Origin: Chiloscyllium plagiosum
Lineage: Eukaryota
Assembly (NCBI RefSeq): GCF_004010195.1
Contig: NC_057719.1
Span: 25,258,809-25,322,808, forward strand
Direction: 5' to 3'
DNA length: 64,000 bases
Part shown: positions 1-12,778 of the stretch, one piece after another
Layout of the letters: each line of letters begins with the position of its first letter
How positions within the stretch are numbered: position 1 is the first letter of the stretch
Made by a program: the position numbers and the translations under genes
The notes under the pieces: model-generated
Seen by the model: only the letters and a program-made list of their open reading frames with translations
Database searches by the model: none
What the model was told of the DNA's origin: nothing

Positions 1-49
1 CATGAAATGTTGTGGAATAAGTGCTGAACTATCGTGTCTGTACTTTCAG

Positions 50-167
50 GATTATATTGATGCCCACCCAGAAACCATCATTCTGGACCCACTGCCTGCA
101 ATCAGGACCCTCCTGGACAGATGCAGGTCATATGAACTGATCCGTAGACTTGAAAGCTACATGCAAG
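50..167 (+). CDS. ITPK1: ITPK1 internal coding exon (118 nt), DYIDAHPETIILDPLPAIRTLLDRCRSYELIRRLESYMQ
   Basis: Acceptor tactttcAG at 48-49, donor GTATAT at 168. The peptide closely matches vertebrate ITPK1 (EYIDAHPETIVLDPLPAIRTLLDR...). Upstream exons lie outside the window. Confidence 0.96.
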
Positions 168-843
168 GTATATCATTTACTCATCTTGTTTGAACTCAAA
201 GCGAATTGCTAATTATCTGTTATAAAAGACATGTTATTAACCTGAATAATAAGAGTTATTTGACACCTTATCAAAGCCCCTGTTCCCTGTGACATTATAA
301 GTTCTAAACCCTCCCAGTGCAGTTGTCCCAATCTTATTGAAAACTTGTGGATGCTGCTGCATGGGCAGTTGCATTATTTTGCAGGAGACGGCAATACAAT
401 ATTTACCTTGTGAGAATGATCAAAGTACTTGCTGTGAGGAGTGAATTCCAACAAGCATGAACCACCCTGTCAATTCTTTTCTTGGATTTCCTACGGTCTA
501 GAGCTTCTTAGGAGCCATGCCAGGCTGAATCCACAGCATCTAAACTTTGAAATACTGTTGTTGAATCCAGTGTTGTACCCACATGTGGACTTTTACCATC
601 TTTTCACATCAGAAATGTTGCCCATCTGTATAATGCAGCTCCTAGCATGTTGAATCCATTCACTTAATCAGGGGTGGAGATGGAGCCCCAAACTGCCACC
701 CTCCTACCTGGTTAGATGTCAACACTGCCACCGAACGTGCCTCACAAGAGGGCACAAGATTTTACCCAATGTCCTACACTTGCACTGTACCTGTTCATTT
801 CAAACTCCACTATCTCCCTATACCCAGTGAATTAATATTAAGG

Positions 844-1152
844 TTAGATTAGATTAGATTACTTACAGTGTGGAAACAGGCCCTTCGGCCCAACCAGTCC
901 ATACCGACCCGCCGAAGCGCAACCCACCCATACCCCTACATTTACCCCTTTAACCTAACACTATGGGCAATTTAGCATGGCCAATTCACCTGACCCGCAC
1001 ATCTTTGGACTGTGGGAGGAAACCGGAGCACCCGGAGGAAACCCACGCAGACACGGGGAGAATGTGCAAACTCCACACAGTCAGTCGCCTGAGTCGGGAA
1101 TTGAACCCGGGTCTCGGGCGCTGTGAGGCAGCAGTGCTAACCACTGTGCCAC
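844..1152 (-). mobile_element. HE1-type tRNA-derived SINE, near full length
   Basis: The minus strand reads tRNA-like head GGCACAGTGGTTAGCACTGCTGCCTCACAGC...GGTTCAATTCC, a conserved body and tail GGGCCGAAGGGCCTGTTTCCACACTGT + (AATCT)n. Confidence 0.9.
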
Positions 1153-1154
1153 TA

Positions 1155-1281
1155 CTAAATTGCCTGTAGTGTTAGGTAAGGGGCAAAATGTAGGGGTAGG
1201 GGTGGGTTTCGCTTCGGCGGGTTGGTGTGGACTTGTTGGGCCGAAGGGCCTGTTTCCACACTGTAATCTAATCTAATCTAA
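1155..1281 (+). mobile_element. HE1-type SINE 3' portion, inverted relative to the adjacent copy
   Basis: CTAAATTGCC...GGGCCGAAGGGCCTGTTTCCACACTGTAATCTAATCTAATCTA is the reverse complement of about 844-974. Confidence 0.9.
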
Positions 1282-1635
1282 AAAAGGTTGCTGCCCTTGA
1301 TCTTTGAATTCCTTCCAGACTCTCATCCTGTCCTATCTCACTGCATACATGTCCTCCTTGTCTGGATTCTGAGTGTTTAAACTATTAAATCCTTATACTG
1401 GATGGACAATCTCCTCTGATGGTATTGCAAGAAGAACAACGGTGTTTACCCAAATATCCTGACCAGCATTTAGCCCTCAGTCAAACACGCAAAACAAATT
1501 ATCTGCTGCAAAATCCTTCCTTTTTCTGTATGTTTATCCCTTAAATCAAGAGGCTGTTTGAGTCCATGCACCTTGTCTTAATCTTAGAATTTAAAGTATA
1601 ATTCTAGATTTACTGCATATATTATGTAGAAGGTG

Positions 1636-1858
1636 AATCAACTGTAGAGAGTGCTGGAGAAACTCAGCAGCTCTATCAGCATCTGTGGAAATAGAGTTAA
1701 TGATTCAAGACGATGACCTTACCTCAGAACAAGTTCATACTGGACTCAAAACGTTAATTCCATTTCTCTCCCCACAGATGCTGACAGACCTACTGCGTTT
1801 CTCCAATAATCTCCACGTTTGTTTCAGATTTCCAGCATCCGTAGCATTTTGCTTTTAC
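1636..1858. mobile_element. Penelope-like inverted-repeat element, family A (degenerate hammerhead)
   Basis: Arms GCTGGAGAAACTCAGCAG...CATCTGTGG and CCACAGATGCTG...TTTCTCCA; flanking direct repeat TAGAAGGTG (1627-1635 and 1859-1867). Confidence 0.7.
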
Positions 1859-2340
1859 TAGAAGGTGTAACAGGAGGCTTTTTCTTTAACCACAGATTTT
1901 AAGGCAAAACTTTGTGGGTTGACATCTACAAATGATCAACAATAAAATATGGTACCTTTCCCACTTCTTTGGGTTCATTTAAGGTGACCTCTCACACACC
2001 TCATTTCTAGCCTATGTTCCTCGCACCTTTAACTTGGATGCTTCGCATTTGTAATTAACTTTGTTGGTTTTCTCCACCCTGTCCCCTTGCACTTCTGTCT
2101 ACATTTCTCCCTGTGCAGTGTAATATTTGAGGTGCAGTCTGACAAGAGCATAACACAGTGTGAATGTGACTTACTTTGATTTGTTTATTGTTATCTAGCT
2201 CACCCTGCCATTGACTATGCCTTGCTGCTCTGCTCAGCATGGCTAACCTCAGCACTAAGTCTATTAAGTATAGCACTTTATTTACAGTGCTTTTCTGCGT
2301 TTAAGACTGACTGGGCCTTTTGAAAGTGACTGCTTTTGAC

Positions 2341-2620
2341 AGAATCATAGAATGCCTACAATGAGGAAGCAGACCATTCTGCTCATCAAGTCCATACTAT
2401 CCCTCCAAAGAGCATCCTACTCAGACCACTCCTTTACCCTATCCCTATCACCCTGCATTTCCCTTGGCCAATCCATCTAACCTGCCCATCTTTGGACTGG
2501 AGGAGGAAACTCAAGCACCCGGAGGAAACCCACACAGACACAATCATGCGAGAGTGGAATTGAACCTAGATCCTTGGTGCGATGAGGCAGCAGTGCTAAC
2601 CACTGAGCCACTATGCTACC
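2341..2620 (-). mobile_element. HE1-type SINE, diverged
   Basis: Same head, body and tail as the 844-1152 copy, with a GATTCTATGATTCT-type tail. Confidence 0.85.
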
Positions 2621-3699
2621 TTGGGGAATAGGAAATTTGCGTACTTTTGGGAAATAGATTTGGAACATCAAACCACTGAGAAACCGCAGGTGACTGTCAG
2701 ATCGTTTGTGAATTAAAGCATTTCAACAAGTTAGGGAATAATGACTGAGGGTAGTATTTAATTTAAAATAAAGTGTAACCCAAAAAGGAGTGATAGACCA
2801 GAGGTAAGGGAAGGATGGGATCATTCTCTACAGTTTAAAAGAAAAGATAAACTTATGTTATTTGCCTGTTGCTAAACAACTGCAATCATTTTGACTGATT
2901 TGTCAATAAATGCATTTCTGAAACTGTTTTCTTTAAGTTTTGAATGGAATAATTGGCTCTCCTTGGGACCAGGTTGATTTGAGGGTTAAGTGAATGTTAT
3001 TGCAAAGAATAATGCTAAAGCATGCCAAATGATAAACGGTGTAAGCAGCGAAAATCTCAGACTAAATACAGCGCACATAATCTTGCAGAATGTTAAACAA
3101 GATATCATCTCTGCAGTTGCTCGTGGGTATCATACACTGAAGACGCCATAACAAATCTCACCATAGCCAGAGGCCTATCTAAAATCAATCTAGTGTGCGT
3201 TTGTTTGATTGGAAAATCTGCAGTTTATTGAAATGAAATGTGGATCTCATGGTTTGTTTAAGTTGGCTAGAAACAGTGGAACACGGTTGAGTGCTCTACT
3301 GGGTTCGGAGGCCCAGGATAAGATGCTGTGTGATTTAAATGAGGGAAACACTGATGTTATAAGCTGACTGCAGCCTTGTTGGGTGTGTTTCCCTGCATGT
3401 TCATGTGAGCAATAATAGTTTGTATGGAACCAAAGAGGGGAAACCACTTTATTCCTCGGATTTTCATTTGCATCGGAGGGAAAATGGCTTCCTAAATGTG
3501 TATGGAATGGAAATAAACAATCATACTGATTCGGGTCCTGGATTTCCCTTTTTCTTTCATTCGAAAGCACTTTGCTAGTAAAGGTCATTAGCGAATGATG
3601 GCTCGTGATGATTTTGTTTTTTTGTGATGTGTAACAATTCAAGGTTCAAGTTAGTAGAAGATGGGTTTGAATACTGGATCAAGTGCTCAATAAAAGGAT

Positions 3700-4300
3700 A
3701 ACTCTTTGGATTGTTGGGATGTTATGTTGAGATTGTACAAGACATTGGTGAAGTCTCTTCTGGGATACTGTGTCCAGTTCTGGTCACCCAGTTATAGGAA
3801 GGATATCACCCTGGAGAGGGTTCAGAAGAGATTTACCAGGATGTTGCTGGGTATGGACAGTTTGAGTTATAAAGAAAGGCTGGATAGGCTGGGACTTTTT
3901 TCACTGGAGCATGGGAGGTTGAGGGATGACCTGATAGAAGCTTATAAATTAATGAGAAGTGTAGGTAGAGTTGATGATTGTTGTATTTTCCCTAAGATGG
4001 GGAACTTCAAGATTAAGGGGCACATTTTTGAGAGGGGAGAGATTTTAAAAAAAGAATCGCAGCAAATGTTTTGCACAGCGGTTGGTTCACGTGTGAAATG
4101 AACTTCTTGAGGAAATGGTGGATGAGGGTACAATTATGCTGTTTAAAAGACAATTGGTTGGATACATGAACAGAAAAGGTTCGGAGGGATATGGGCCAGG
4201 AGTAGGCAGGTGGAACTAGTTTAGTTTGGAATTATGTTCGGCATGGACTGGTTGGATCAAAGGGTCTGTTTCCGTACTGTATGACAGTATGATTCTATTC
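3700..4300 (+). mobile_element. CR1/HER1-like LINE 3' fragment
   Basis: ORF2 C-terminus (LYKTLV...YCVQFWSP...LERVQKRFTRML) plus a 3'UTR ending in ATGATTCTAT-type repeats. Confidence 0.88.
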
Positions 4301-6145
4301 GATTATTCTTGTGCTGATGAGAATCTTTTTCAAGTTTATTACTTCATAGAATCACTTGCTCAAAAGAGCACCCCAAATCTGAACTTTACATTAGTAAAGT
4401 CAAGAGCAAGGATTGGCATTATTTGAATTCATTGTTAACGTCATCCATTTCTGTAAATTACTTCAGAGTGTCTTATATGAGTGACCCAGCGCTCTCACGT
4501 CATCTAGCTTGACAAAGGTGGGATGACTGCCAGCTGTGGATTTGTATCTTAATGTTAAGCAATGATCCACAAGAAATGACAAAGAGGAAAGATGTGAACT
4601 GCAGAAAATTCACTTATGAATAGAATGTGACGCACGAAGGAAACGTGAGAGCTATTGATCTTCCTCAAAAGGAAGTCAAGTAATAAGCATTAGGATGGAA
4701 GCAGAATCAGTTTGAATTACTTTAAATGTTATTTGAAAGATTGGCTGGCTTGATTTCCCTTCCTGGGGGCTGTCACAGCTGGTTTTTAGTTGCTGAGAAG
4801 AGTTTGCTGATTCTAATCAGTTTTCTTTTCCTTGTTAACTCCAGACGTAATGTAGCCATCGACCTTTTCATCCTGCAGAGTGCCAGTTGACCATGTAGCA
4901 AGAACACTCAGTCATGTGCATAAAACTCCAGACTGTTTTAATAAGGTTTTAAAATCAAAAAAGAACTGATGTTTGCTGTTTCACTTTGCAGTTAAACAGA
5001 TTATGTGGCTCTGGTTCTGGCTGTATATTTTCCCCATGTACAGTGTCTAGATAACTGCTTTGGGCTGTGCAGATTTCCTGGACTGTGTTTGACAGGGTAA
5101 CCCACTTGAACGTACATGACTAGTCAATAATGTGTTAGTTCTGGGAAACTGGGTGTTAGATAGCAGGTGAAAGGTTCACCAACATAGAACCATAGGTAAA
5201 TATTGAACAGAGTGAAGCCATTTTGCCCAATATGCCACTGCTGGCTCATTAAGAGTTATACATTCACCTCCCTGCTAAGTCCAGCACATTTTCTCTTCTT
5301 TCAGCACTTGTTGAATGCTTTCCTTTCGAGTTATTATTGAATCCGCATTCGCCACCCTCTTTCAGGCAGTGCTTTTCAAAATTAGGCACCCTTTAATAAT
5401 CTGCTTATGAACAAAAGGTTTAATTGTGTGGGATGTGTGGAAAGGTGTTAAATTTATTGAACTTTGTTTACAAATCGTCAATCGTGTAGATTAATTTAAA
5501 AATAAATTTCTTGCTTCAAGGGTGAGCTTGTGTGACTGTGCTGTAGAATAAAAAAAAACTAGAAAATCTTTAATGTAATAATCTCCATGAATAATCCTGT
5601 CCTATGGAGGAGGCACTTTTAACATCCAATAATAATCCTATTTCAGCAATTTGTTTCAACCAAGATGTACTTTTCGTGGAGTGGGTTTCAGTTGGGCTAA
5701 GCCCGTCACCAGATTGGCACACATGCCACTCCTCGCAGTGACTGAAGTTGTGTTTGTACCATAAGTGGTCTAGTTTTAGAGACAGCGTTGCTGGTTCCTT
5801 TTATTGCTCCCCCACAACCATGTGTTGTTTTGTGTCTTATTTAGAATGCATCCGAGCATGTGAATATAGCCTGAACTGCGAACCGATTAACCCTTGAGTT
5901 GTTCTGCTTTGTTCTGAAATCTCTCCTTCCTTTTGGGGTCCAAATTGAGTCCAGTGCCACTCTAGGAGCAGTTAGGTAATTGAAATACAAATTGATCTTC
6001 AGTAACTAGGCAAGGCAGTTAAACACCTTAGCAGGGAATGGTTTCGTTTATCAGCCTTAATGCTGCAAGCTGCTGAACCAGGCTTCAGGCAGTGAATTTA
6101 TTCAGTGAGTAGCTGGAAGACCCTATGCTCCACTTTCTAACCTTC

Positions 6146-6499
6146 TTTATTCCTTCACGGGAAAGGGGAGTCACTGGCTAGACCAGCATTTATTGCCCAT
6201 CCTTAGTTGTCAGAGGGCAATTAAGAGACAACCACATTGCTGTGGGTCTGGAGTCACATATAGGCCAGAGGAGGTGAGGACGGCACTTTCCTTCCCAAAA
6301 GGGCATTAGTGAACCAGCTGGGTTTTCTTTTTCAACAATTTATGCCATTTCATAGACATCATTAGATTCCTAATTCCAGATCTTTATTGAATTCAAATTC
6401 CACCATTTGCCATGGCAGTATTTGAACCCTGGACCCCAGATTATTACCAGGGTTTTGAGATTAATAGCCTAGTGAAAGTACCACAAGGCCATCACCTCC
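6146..6499 (-). mobile_element. Second tRNA-derived SINE family, full length
   Basis: Highly similar to 42538-42880. The minus-strand head has A/B-box-like motifs (GATGGCCTTGTGGT...GGTTCAAAT); its tail GCTGGTCTAGCCAGTGAC...GAATAAA is shared with LINE fragments at 49480 and 51213. Confidence 0.8.
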
Positions 6500-7189
6500 A
6501 CATCTGCCCTTAGCTGAGAGTAGGAGTATATTGTTTGACGTCAGTGCCTCTTGGTTAGGGAGAGTTATCTTGATTCCAAGGCTCATTTTGATGTTAAGTT
6601 TTAGAATCTGCTACCGTTGTTCAATTCATGGTATCTTGAATATCAGAAGAGACTGAAGAGTGTCGGACGAATCGAAGCAGATATCAGTCGGAGGGGAGTG
6701 ACCCAAACTTGCCAATAAAAATGAATTGATTCTTGGACTAGGCCTGATTTTAGAATGTAAAGCTGGAAGGTCTTCATGCGAACATGCACTGATGTGGAGC
6801 AGTGCTCAAGGTGTTTATGGATGGCGTTCTGCAACAGCCTGAACATCAGATTGATCTGGAATCTAGTTTTGATAATCTTTGGGGGGGGGTGACCAGATGG
6901 CTCCTTGAGGTAGAACATTGTCCTTTCACCCTTCAGACATAAAGTATATCTTAGACCATTGACCTGAATGTTTAAAAGATTAAGAAATTACTTTGTGTGG
7001 ATAAAACTAATTCCACCCAAACTTAAATCTGCAACAAAATGTTGGCTATGTGGATTGACCTCTCTCAGGACGGATGCTGCACAGTATATAGGAGTGCACA
7101 CTGATGCAGTAGGAAATGCTTTCTGAAATTGGGTCCGGCCCAATGATATAATATATAACAGGTCTGGTCTATAATATATGCAGATCTAG

Positions 7190-7930
7190 TATGATCGCAT
7201 CACATCTTGATTGACAGAACAGAAGGATCTTGAAGTGCATGTCTACAGATCTCTGAAAGGGTAGCAGTGTAGATAGATAAGGTGGGTTAGAAAGCAGACA
7301 GAATACTTTTCCTTTATCAGCCGACGCAGCAAGATAGGTCAAAAGAGTGCTGAATAAAATGTACAACAGTTTGGGCATTATTAATAGAGGCAATGATTAC
7401 AAAAGCAAGATAGTTATGTTAAATTTGTATAAGACATGGTTTGCCCTGAACTGAAGTATTCTGTCCACTTCTGGATTGCACACTTTAGCTAGGAAGTGAA
7501 GGGGCACAGAAAACCTTTTGGAGAATGGTTTTAGTGATGAGGAACTTCACTTAAGATAGATTGGAGAAGATTCTGAGAGTTCAGAGGTGTTTGAAATAAG
7601 GAGGCGGTCTGAACAGAGTAGATTGGCAAGAAACTGTTCCTGAATGTGGAAGTACTAACAACAAGAGGGAGTAGATTTAAGGTAACTAGCAAAAGAGGCA
7701 ATGGAAAACTGATCAACTTTACCTTGCAGAAAGTGGTTAGAATTTGGGACTCTCTGCTTGAACTTATGATGGAGGTAGGTTCAATTGAAACTTTAAAGAG
7801 GGAATTGGTTATTATCTGTGCAGGGCTATGGGAGAGGGAACAGGTGAGTGGCACTGGGTGAATTTTTCCTTTGGTGAGCAAGCACAGACATTATGGACCA
7901 AATGGCTTCTTCCTGTGCTGTAGATTTTAA
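7190..7930 (+). mobile_element. Old CR1-like LINE 3' fragment
   Basis: Degenerate ORF2 end (TRGSRFKV...FTLQKVVRIWDSL) and a CR1-type 3'UTR. Confidence 0.75.
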
Positions 7931-8056
7931 TGAAAAGAATGAGCAGAGGCTCTTGTGGGTCATCAACACAATTGGATTTAATGGTTGAATGCTGTTGACT
8001 TGATGTTAGTTGTAGCTATATTTTTCAAGAAGAGAAAGCTCGAAAAATTTCTTTCT

Positions 8057-8280
8057 CAAACAAAAACAGAAATTTCTGGAAAAGCTCAGCAGGTCTGGCA
8101 GCATCTGTGAAGAGAAATCAGAGTTAATGTTTCTGGTCCTGTGACCCTTCTTCCCGAAACAGACCCGAAACATTAACTCTGATTTCTCTCCACAGATGCT
8201 GCCAGACCTGCTGAGCTTTTCCAGTGATTTCTGTTTTTGTTTCTGATTTACAGCATCTGCAGTTCTTATTTTCTGTTTAT
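8057..8280. mobile_element. Penelope-like inverted-repeat element, family A, near-perfect hairpin
   Basis: About 80-bp arms at 8058-8138 and 8162-8242 are reverse complements with few mismatches. Confidence 0.8.
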
Positions 8281-8489
8281 TGGAAGGGAGATGGAATGAA
8301 TCCTTGTCATCCATTTAAGTAATTTGTAGACGTGATAGATTGACACAATGTCTCCTCATCCAGAGGATCGATGTTGAATATTCTTCACTCCCAGGAATAT
8401 TCAGGAGCTCTGTTGCTTGCAGGTCTTCAACTGAGTGCCTGCATAAAATCTAACTACAAGCAGTACTGGATTCTTCAGTTCATAAGCTT

Positions 8490-9562
8490 TTGGATATCAA
8501 ATTGGCTTGAAGGTACAAGACAGAAGGTGTTGGTCAGTTGCTTTTCAGACTGGAGGCCTGTGACCAGCGGTGTGCCAAAGGGTTCGGTGCTGGGTCCATT
8601 GCTTTCTGTCATTCATACCAATGATTTGGATGTGATTATAGGAGGTACGGTGAGTAAGTTTGCAGATGACACCAAAATTCTTGATGTATTGGACAGCAAT
8701 GAAGGTTACCTCAGAGTACAATGGGATCATGATCAGATAGGCAAATAGATTGAGGAGTGGCAGATAGAGTTTAATTTAGATAAATGTGAGGTGTTGCACT
8801 TCAGGAAGACCAATCAGGCAGGACTTTTACAGTTAATGGTAAGGTCCTGGGGAGTGTTGCTGAACAAAGAGACCTTGGAGTGCAGGTTCATAGTTTCTTG
8901 AAAATGGAGTCTCAGATAGACAGGGTCATGAAGAAGGCATTTGGTATACTTGCCTTTTATTGGTCAGTGCATTGAGTATAGGAGTTGGGATGTCATGTTG
9001 TGTCTGAACAACATTGGCTAGGTCAATTTTGGAATGCTTTGTGCAGTTCTGGCCTCCCTGCTATGGGAAGGATGTTCTGGAACTTAAATGGGTTCAGAAA
9101 AGACTTACAAGCATGTTGCCAGGTTTGGGCTATAGGAAGAGGCTCAATATGTTGGATCTATATTTTCCCTAGTGTGAAGGAGTCTGAGGGATGACCATAT
9201 TGAGGTATATAAAATCATGAAGGGCATGGCAAGAGTGAACAGCTAAGGTCTTTTCCCAGGATAGTGGAGGCCAAAACTAGAGGCCATAGATTTAAGGTGA
9301 AAGTGGAAAGATTTAAAAGGGATCTAAGTGGCAACCTTTTCACGCAGAGGTAGTGCATGTATGGAATGAGCTGCCAGAGGAAGTAGTGGTGGCTGGTACA
9401 ATTACAACATTTAAAAGGCATCTGGATAGGTGTATGAGCAGGTAGGGTTTAGAGGGATTTGGGCCAAGTGCTGGCAGATGGGACTAGGTTAGGTTAGGAT
9501 ATCAGGATGGCATGGACGAGTTGGACTGAAGCATCTATTTCCGTGCTGCATATCTCTTTGAT
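8490..9562 (+). mobile_element. CR1/HER1-like LINE 3' fragment with RT C-terminal motifs
   Basis: SGVPKGSVLGPLL and SKFADDTK motifs, frameshifted, followed by the 3'UTR. Confidence 0.9.
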
Positions 9563-10927
9563 ACTAAGAATTGATGCAGATGTTTGAAATCCCTCTTCAA
9601 CTTCAACTTCATGCTTCTCTATATTGTCAGTCAATGCATGAAAGTAGCTTCTTAATACAAATGTGTTCCTGCTCTTCCAGTGCACCTGTAAAGGTGTCTC
9701 AGATTTGTTTATGAAATCTGAAACCCTACAATATACACCCATCATAACAATGCACAGTGACTAATATGAGATCAATGAAAGAGCCAGCTCACTTTGCGAA
9801 TTGTCCCTAGCAGATTATCATCTCAAATAAGAAGAGGGACCACTGTCCCTTCACAACCTAGTGGCCTTCCACAGAGGCTTTAAGATCGGATCTATTAAAT
9901 AAACACAATTTTTAAGTTTCTTATTTCACGTTTTCATATAAAATTTGTTGCATGGAAACAGGCCATTCAGCCCAATAAGCTTGCATTCTCCCCATTTACA
10001 GTCTTTGTGTTCTGAATTGAAATATCTGCTCTGATTGAATAGTGTTTGTTCTAGTCACACCTTCACATTTTTCAGATGTGATAAAATGAACTGTAAAGTC
10101 CCCGGCAACGTTTTTAACCGCAAAGACACGTGTTACAAACCGATATAGTTTTCTAAGTGGTTTCCTCTTGTGAAATAGGGACATTAATGGGGTTTTCCAG
10201 CATGTCAGTTGTGAACTAATGATTCTTCTGCTGTTCTCCAGTTTTAAATTGGAGCAACTTCAGAAGATATCCATGGCGTCTGCTTGAACAGGAACTCTGC
10301 ATCTGGGTCATAAAGTGTTCATTGAAAGCCCCTGAACGTCATCATCATCATCTCAAACTTGAACGCTGGCGATGCGGTCTAATAATTTTAATTATTGTTC
10401 GCATTTTCTGTCACAGGAGAAAAAGCCCAGTGTAATGATCCCTGTTTTCCTGTCACAATCAGATAAGCAGGCTGCACTGTTCCACAGCCAATGGGAAAGA
10501 TTGTACCTCGACATTAAAAGAACTTTTGTCTCGGCCTGAATATAGAAGCTGCTTCATTGGTGCTGCTGCTGAAGTGGATTGCTGTATCTATTCATCAGAA
10601 TGTGGAAAGGAGCTGACATTAACCATTGCCTATCTGAAAGGAAGAACAATGTGCAACATTTTAGAAATTTTTTTTGGAATAGTGCATTTAACTTTTCTGT
10701 TTGTGGGGTCAATGGCATTAAATTTAATAACAATCGGCAGGACGCCCATCAAATTGCTGGGGTGTGAATACACTGACCACAGGTCAGTCTGCAATGAAAG
10801 CAACAATGGAAATCAAAATTTAGAGAACTGTCATATCTAAAGCTCACATACATTGTTTATTTTTTTTTTCTCTTCCACCATTTGATCAGGGTCTTTGTGG
10901 TTTCCCATTGCCCAGTGATGGAATATG

Positions 10928-11156
10928 CAGGTTGCTCTGCTATAATGTGACAGTTCTGTTCATCTGCGACCTTGCTCTATAGAAAATTGTGCAATAGAAA
11001 ATCGCTATAGAAGATTGTGCTATAGAAGGTCACTAATCGAAAATCACCATAACTGTTCAGTAGAAAGTTAGTGTTATCCAAATAACATGCACAAGTCATC
11101 AATTGCATTATAGCCAATTTGTGCTGATGAAATGTACATTATAGTAGAACTACCTG
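10928..11156. mobile_element. pogo/Tigger-like MITE
   Basis: TIRs CAGGTTGCTCTGCTATAATGTG and (rc) CAGGTAGTTCTACTATAATGTA; internal ~15-bp repeats (GCTATAGAAAATT-like). Confidence 0.72.
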
Positions 11157-12705
11157 TGGTCAGTTTTATTCACATGCCAACAATCTGGTGGAGTTCCTGC
11201 TGATTGGCATTCAATTAAATACGATCGACCCCCATTTCCCACCAGACTCCTGACTCCTGATTTACTTGCTCCCCATTCAAGCTGATGTTCTAAATCAATC
11301 CCTGCCCTTCAACATTAAACTCCATCCCCCACCCTCCTCATAAACAAAACCGCCTTCATCAGTTTGGCCTCTATGAATATCCCTGACACCTTTCTCTTCC
11401 AAGGCTGTTTGCTCATAAATCTTGTGCCCACTCTTTTACAATATATTCCTGTTAAAGCTGCTAAATAAATGTATCAGCCTTGGGAAGTAGTAAGTGCCCT
11501 TGAACTTGCTCCAATGTGTTCATTAGTCTTTGTTATGAACCCAGACCCAGCAAAATCATCATGAGCATGCAATATAATAATTTATGTTCACTGTTTTTAC
11601 TCACCTGCTGACTTCTGAAGGCAGTTAAACTGTATTTCCTGCAATTTACATTCTTCTTATAAACAGTTCACTGTTAAGTTGGATGATAACCTTGCATTAG
11701 GTAGAATACCACAGCCTTTGTTGAATAAAGCCACCGAACTGAATCACAGGGCGTTCACACAGATTGACAGTGAGCTTTTTTCTTTCATGATCGTACAGTG
11801 ATGTTGTCACAGCTGACTCTGCCTGGACAACAGTGAGCCCATTGTCTGTGCAGTATTAATCCTGCGGAAAGTTCATGAGCTGCTGTTGCTGCTCAAAGGC
11901 TGCTTTAAGTTTTCCTCATTGTTTGCTTGTATGAAACTCTATTAAGTGTTTTAATCTCATTTTGTAAAGGTGAGGGACAAATTGAATTTGTTGGACAGTA
12001 GGGCACCTGATTTTGAGACCCTGTGATCAGCAAGGTGGAAAATTCAGGCTTGTTTATCTTGGATCTGCAGGATGACCGGGAAGTGGAAAACCAGACGCTG
12101 CTCGCTTGTTTAAGGATGTGCATAGAAAGGGAAGAAGGTTTGCCCTTTGTCTCTGGGATTGCAACAAATGAACCATCACTAAGCTGCCAGCATATAAGTT
12201 GCTCACTGTTTCTCCATGGCCCAGTCGTGAAGTGAATCTGGTTTTAAGAAATGTGATTTTGAGCCTGACAAATTAAAATCCATTTTGTTATAGCCACATT
12301 TTTATTATTATCCTATTAATTCAGCTGTAATGCCATGTTTTCCTGTTGGGTATGAAGGATAGTTCCCAGTCCCTTGCCTTTGAACTTTTTCTATCTAAAC
12401 AGGATGAGTGGGTGCCATTAACTGGCAGATAGGTGAAAGGTCAGGTGGTTAAAGGTGACAATTCAATCAGCGAGAACTTGAAGAGTCAGCCAGAATCAGA
12501 TGGTAACCTCTTTAAGACTGAGTCACAATATTCTGGGTTCATGTCCCAGGATATTTTGTCTGTGACTGGATCTGTATACACTGTGCCAGAGCTATCTACA
12601 TAACAGGAGTAGTACATTTAGTCCCTGAAGCCTATGTTTCCAATGAATGAGATCTTTGACTTAACTCCATCTTCCTTTCTTTGACCCATAAAGGGAAGGT
12701 GATGC

Positions 12706-12778
12706 TCTTTCTTTCTTTCTGTCTCTGTTTGTCTCTTATCTGTCTCTGCCTGCCTGTCTCTCTCTCTCTCTCTCTCTT
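12706..12778. repeat. (CT)n-rich microsatellite
   Basis: Pyrimidine tract ending in a pure (CT)n run. Confidence 0.8.

Noticed and set aside
1085..1152. tRNA-like sequences with A and B boxes
   Set aside because: They are SINE heads continuous with SINE bodies; no standalone tRNA gene is supported.
963..1169. Recurrent ORFs with WPIHLT...CGRKPEHPEETHADTGRMCKLHT (also 41243, 48459, 50584, 59242)
   Set aside because: Antisense translations of HE1 SINE copies, not a protein family.
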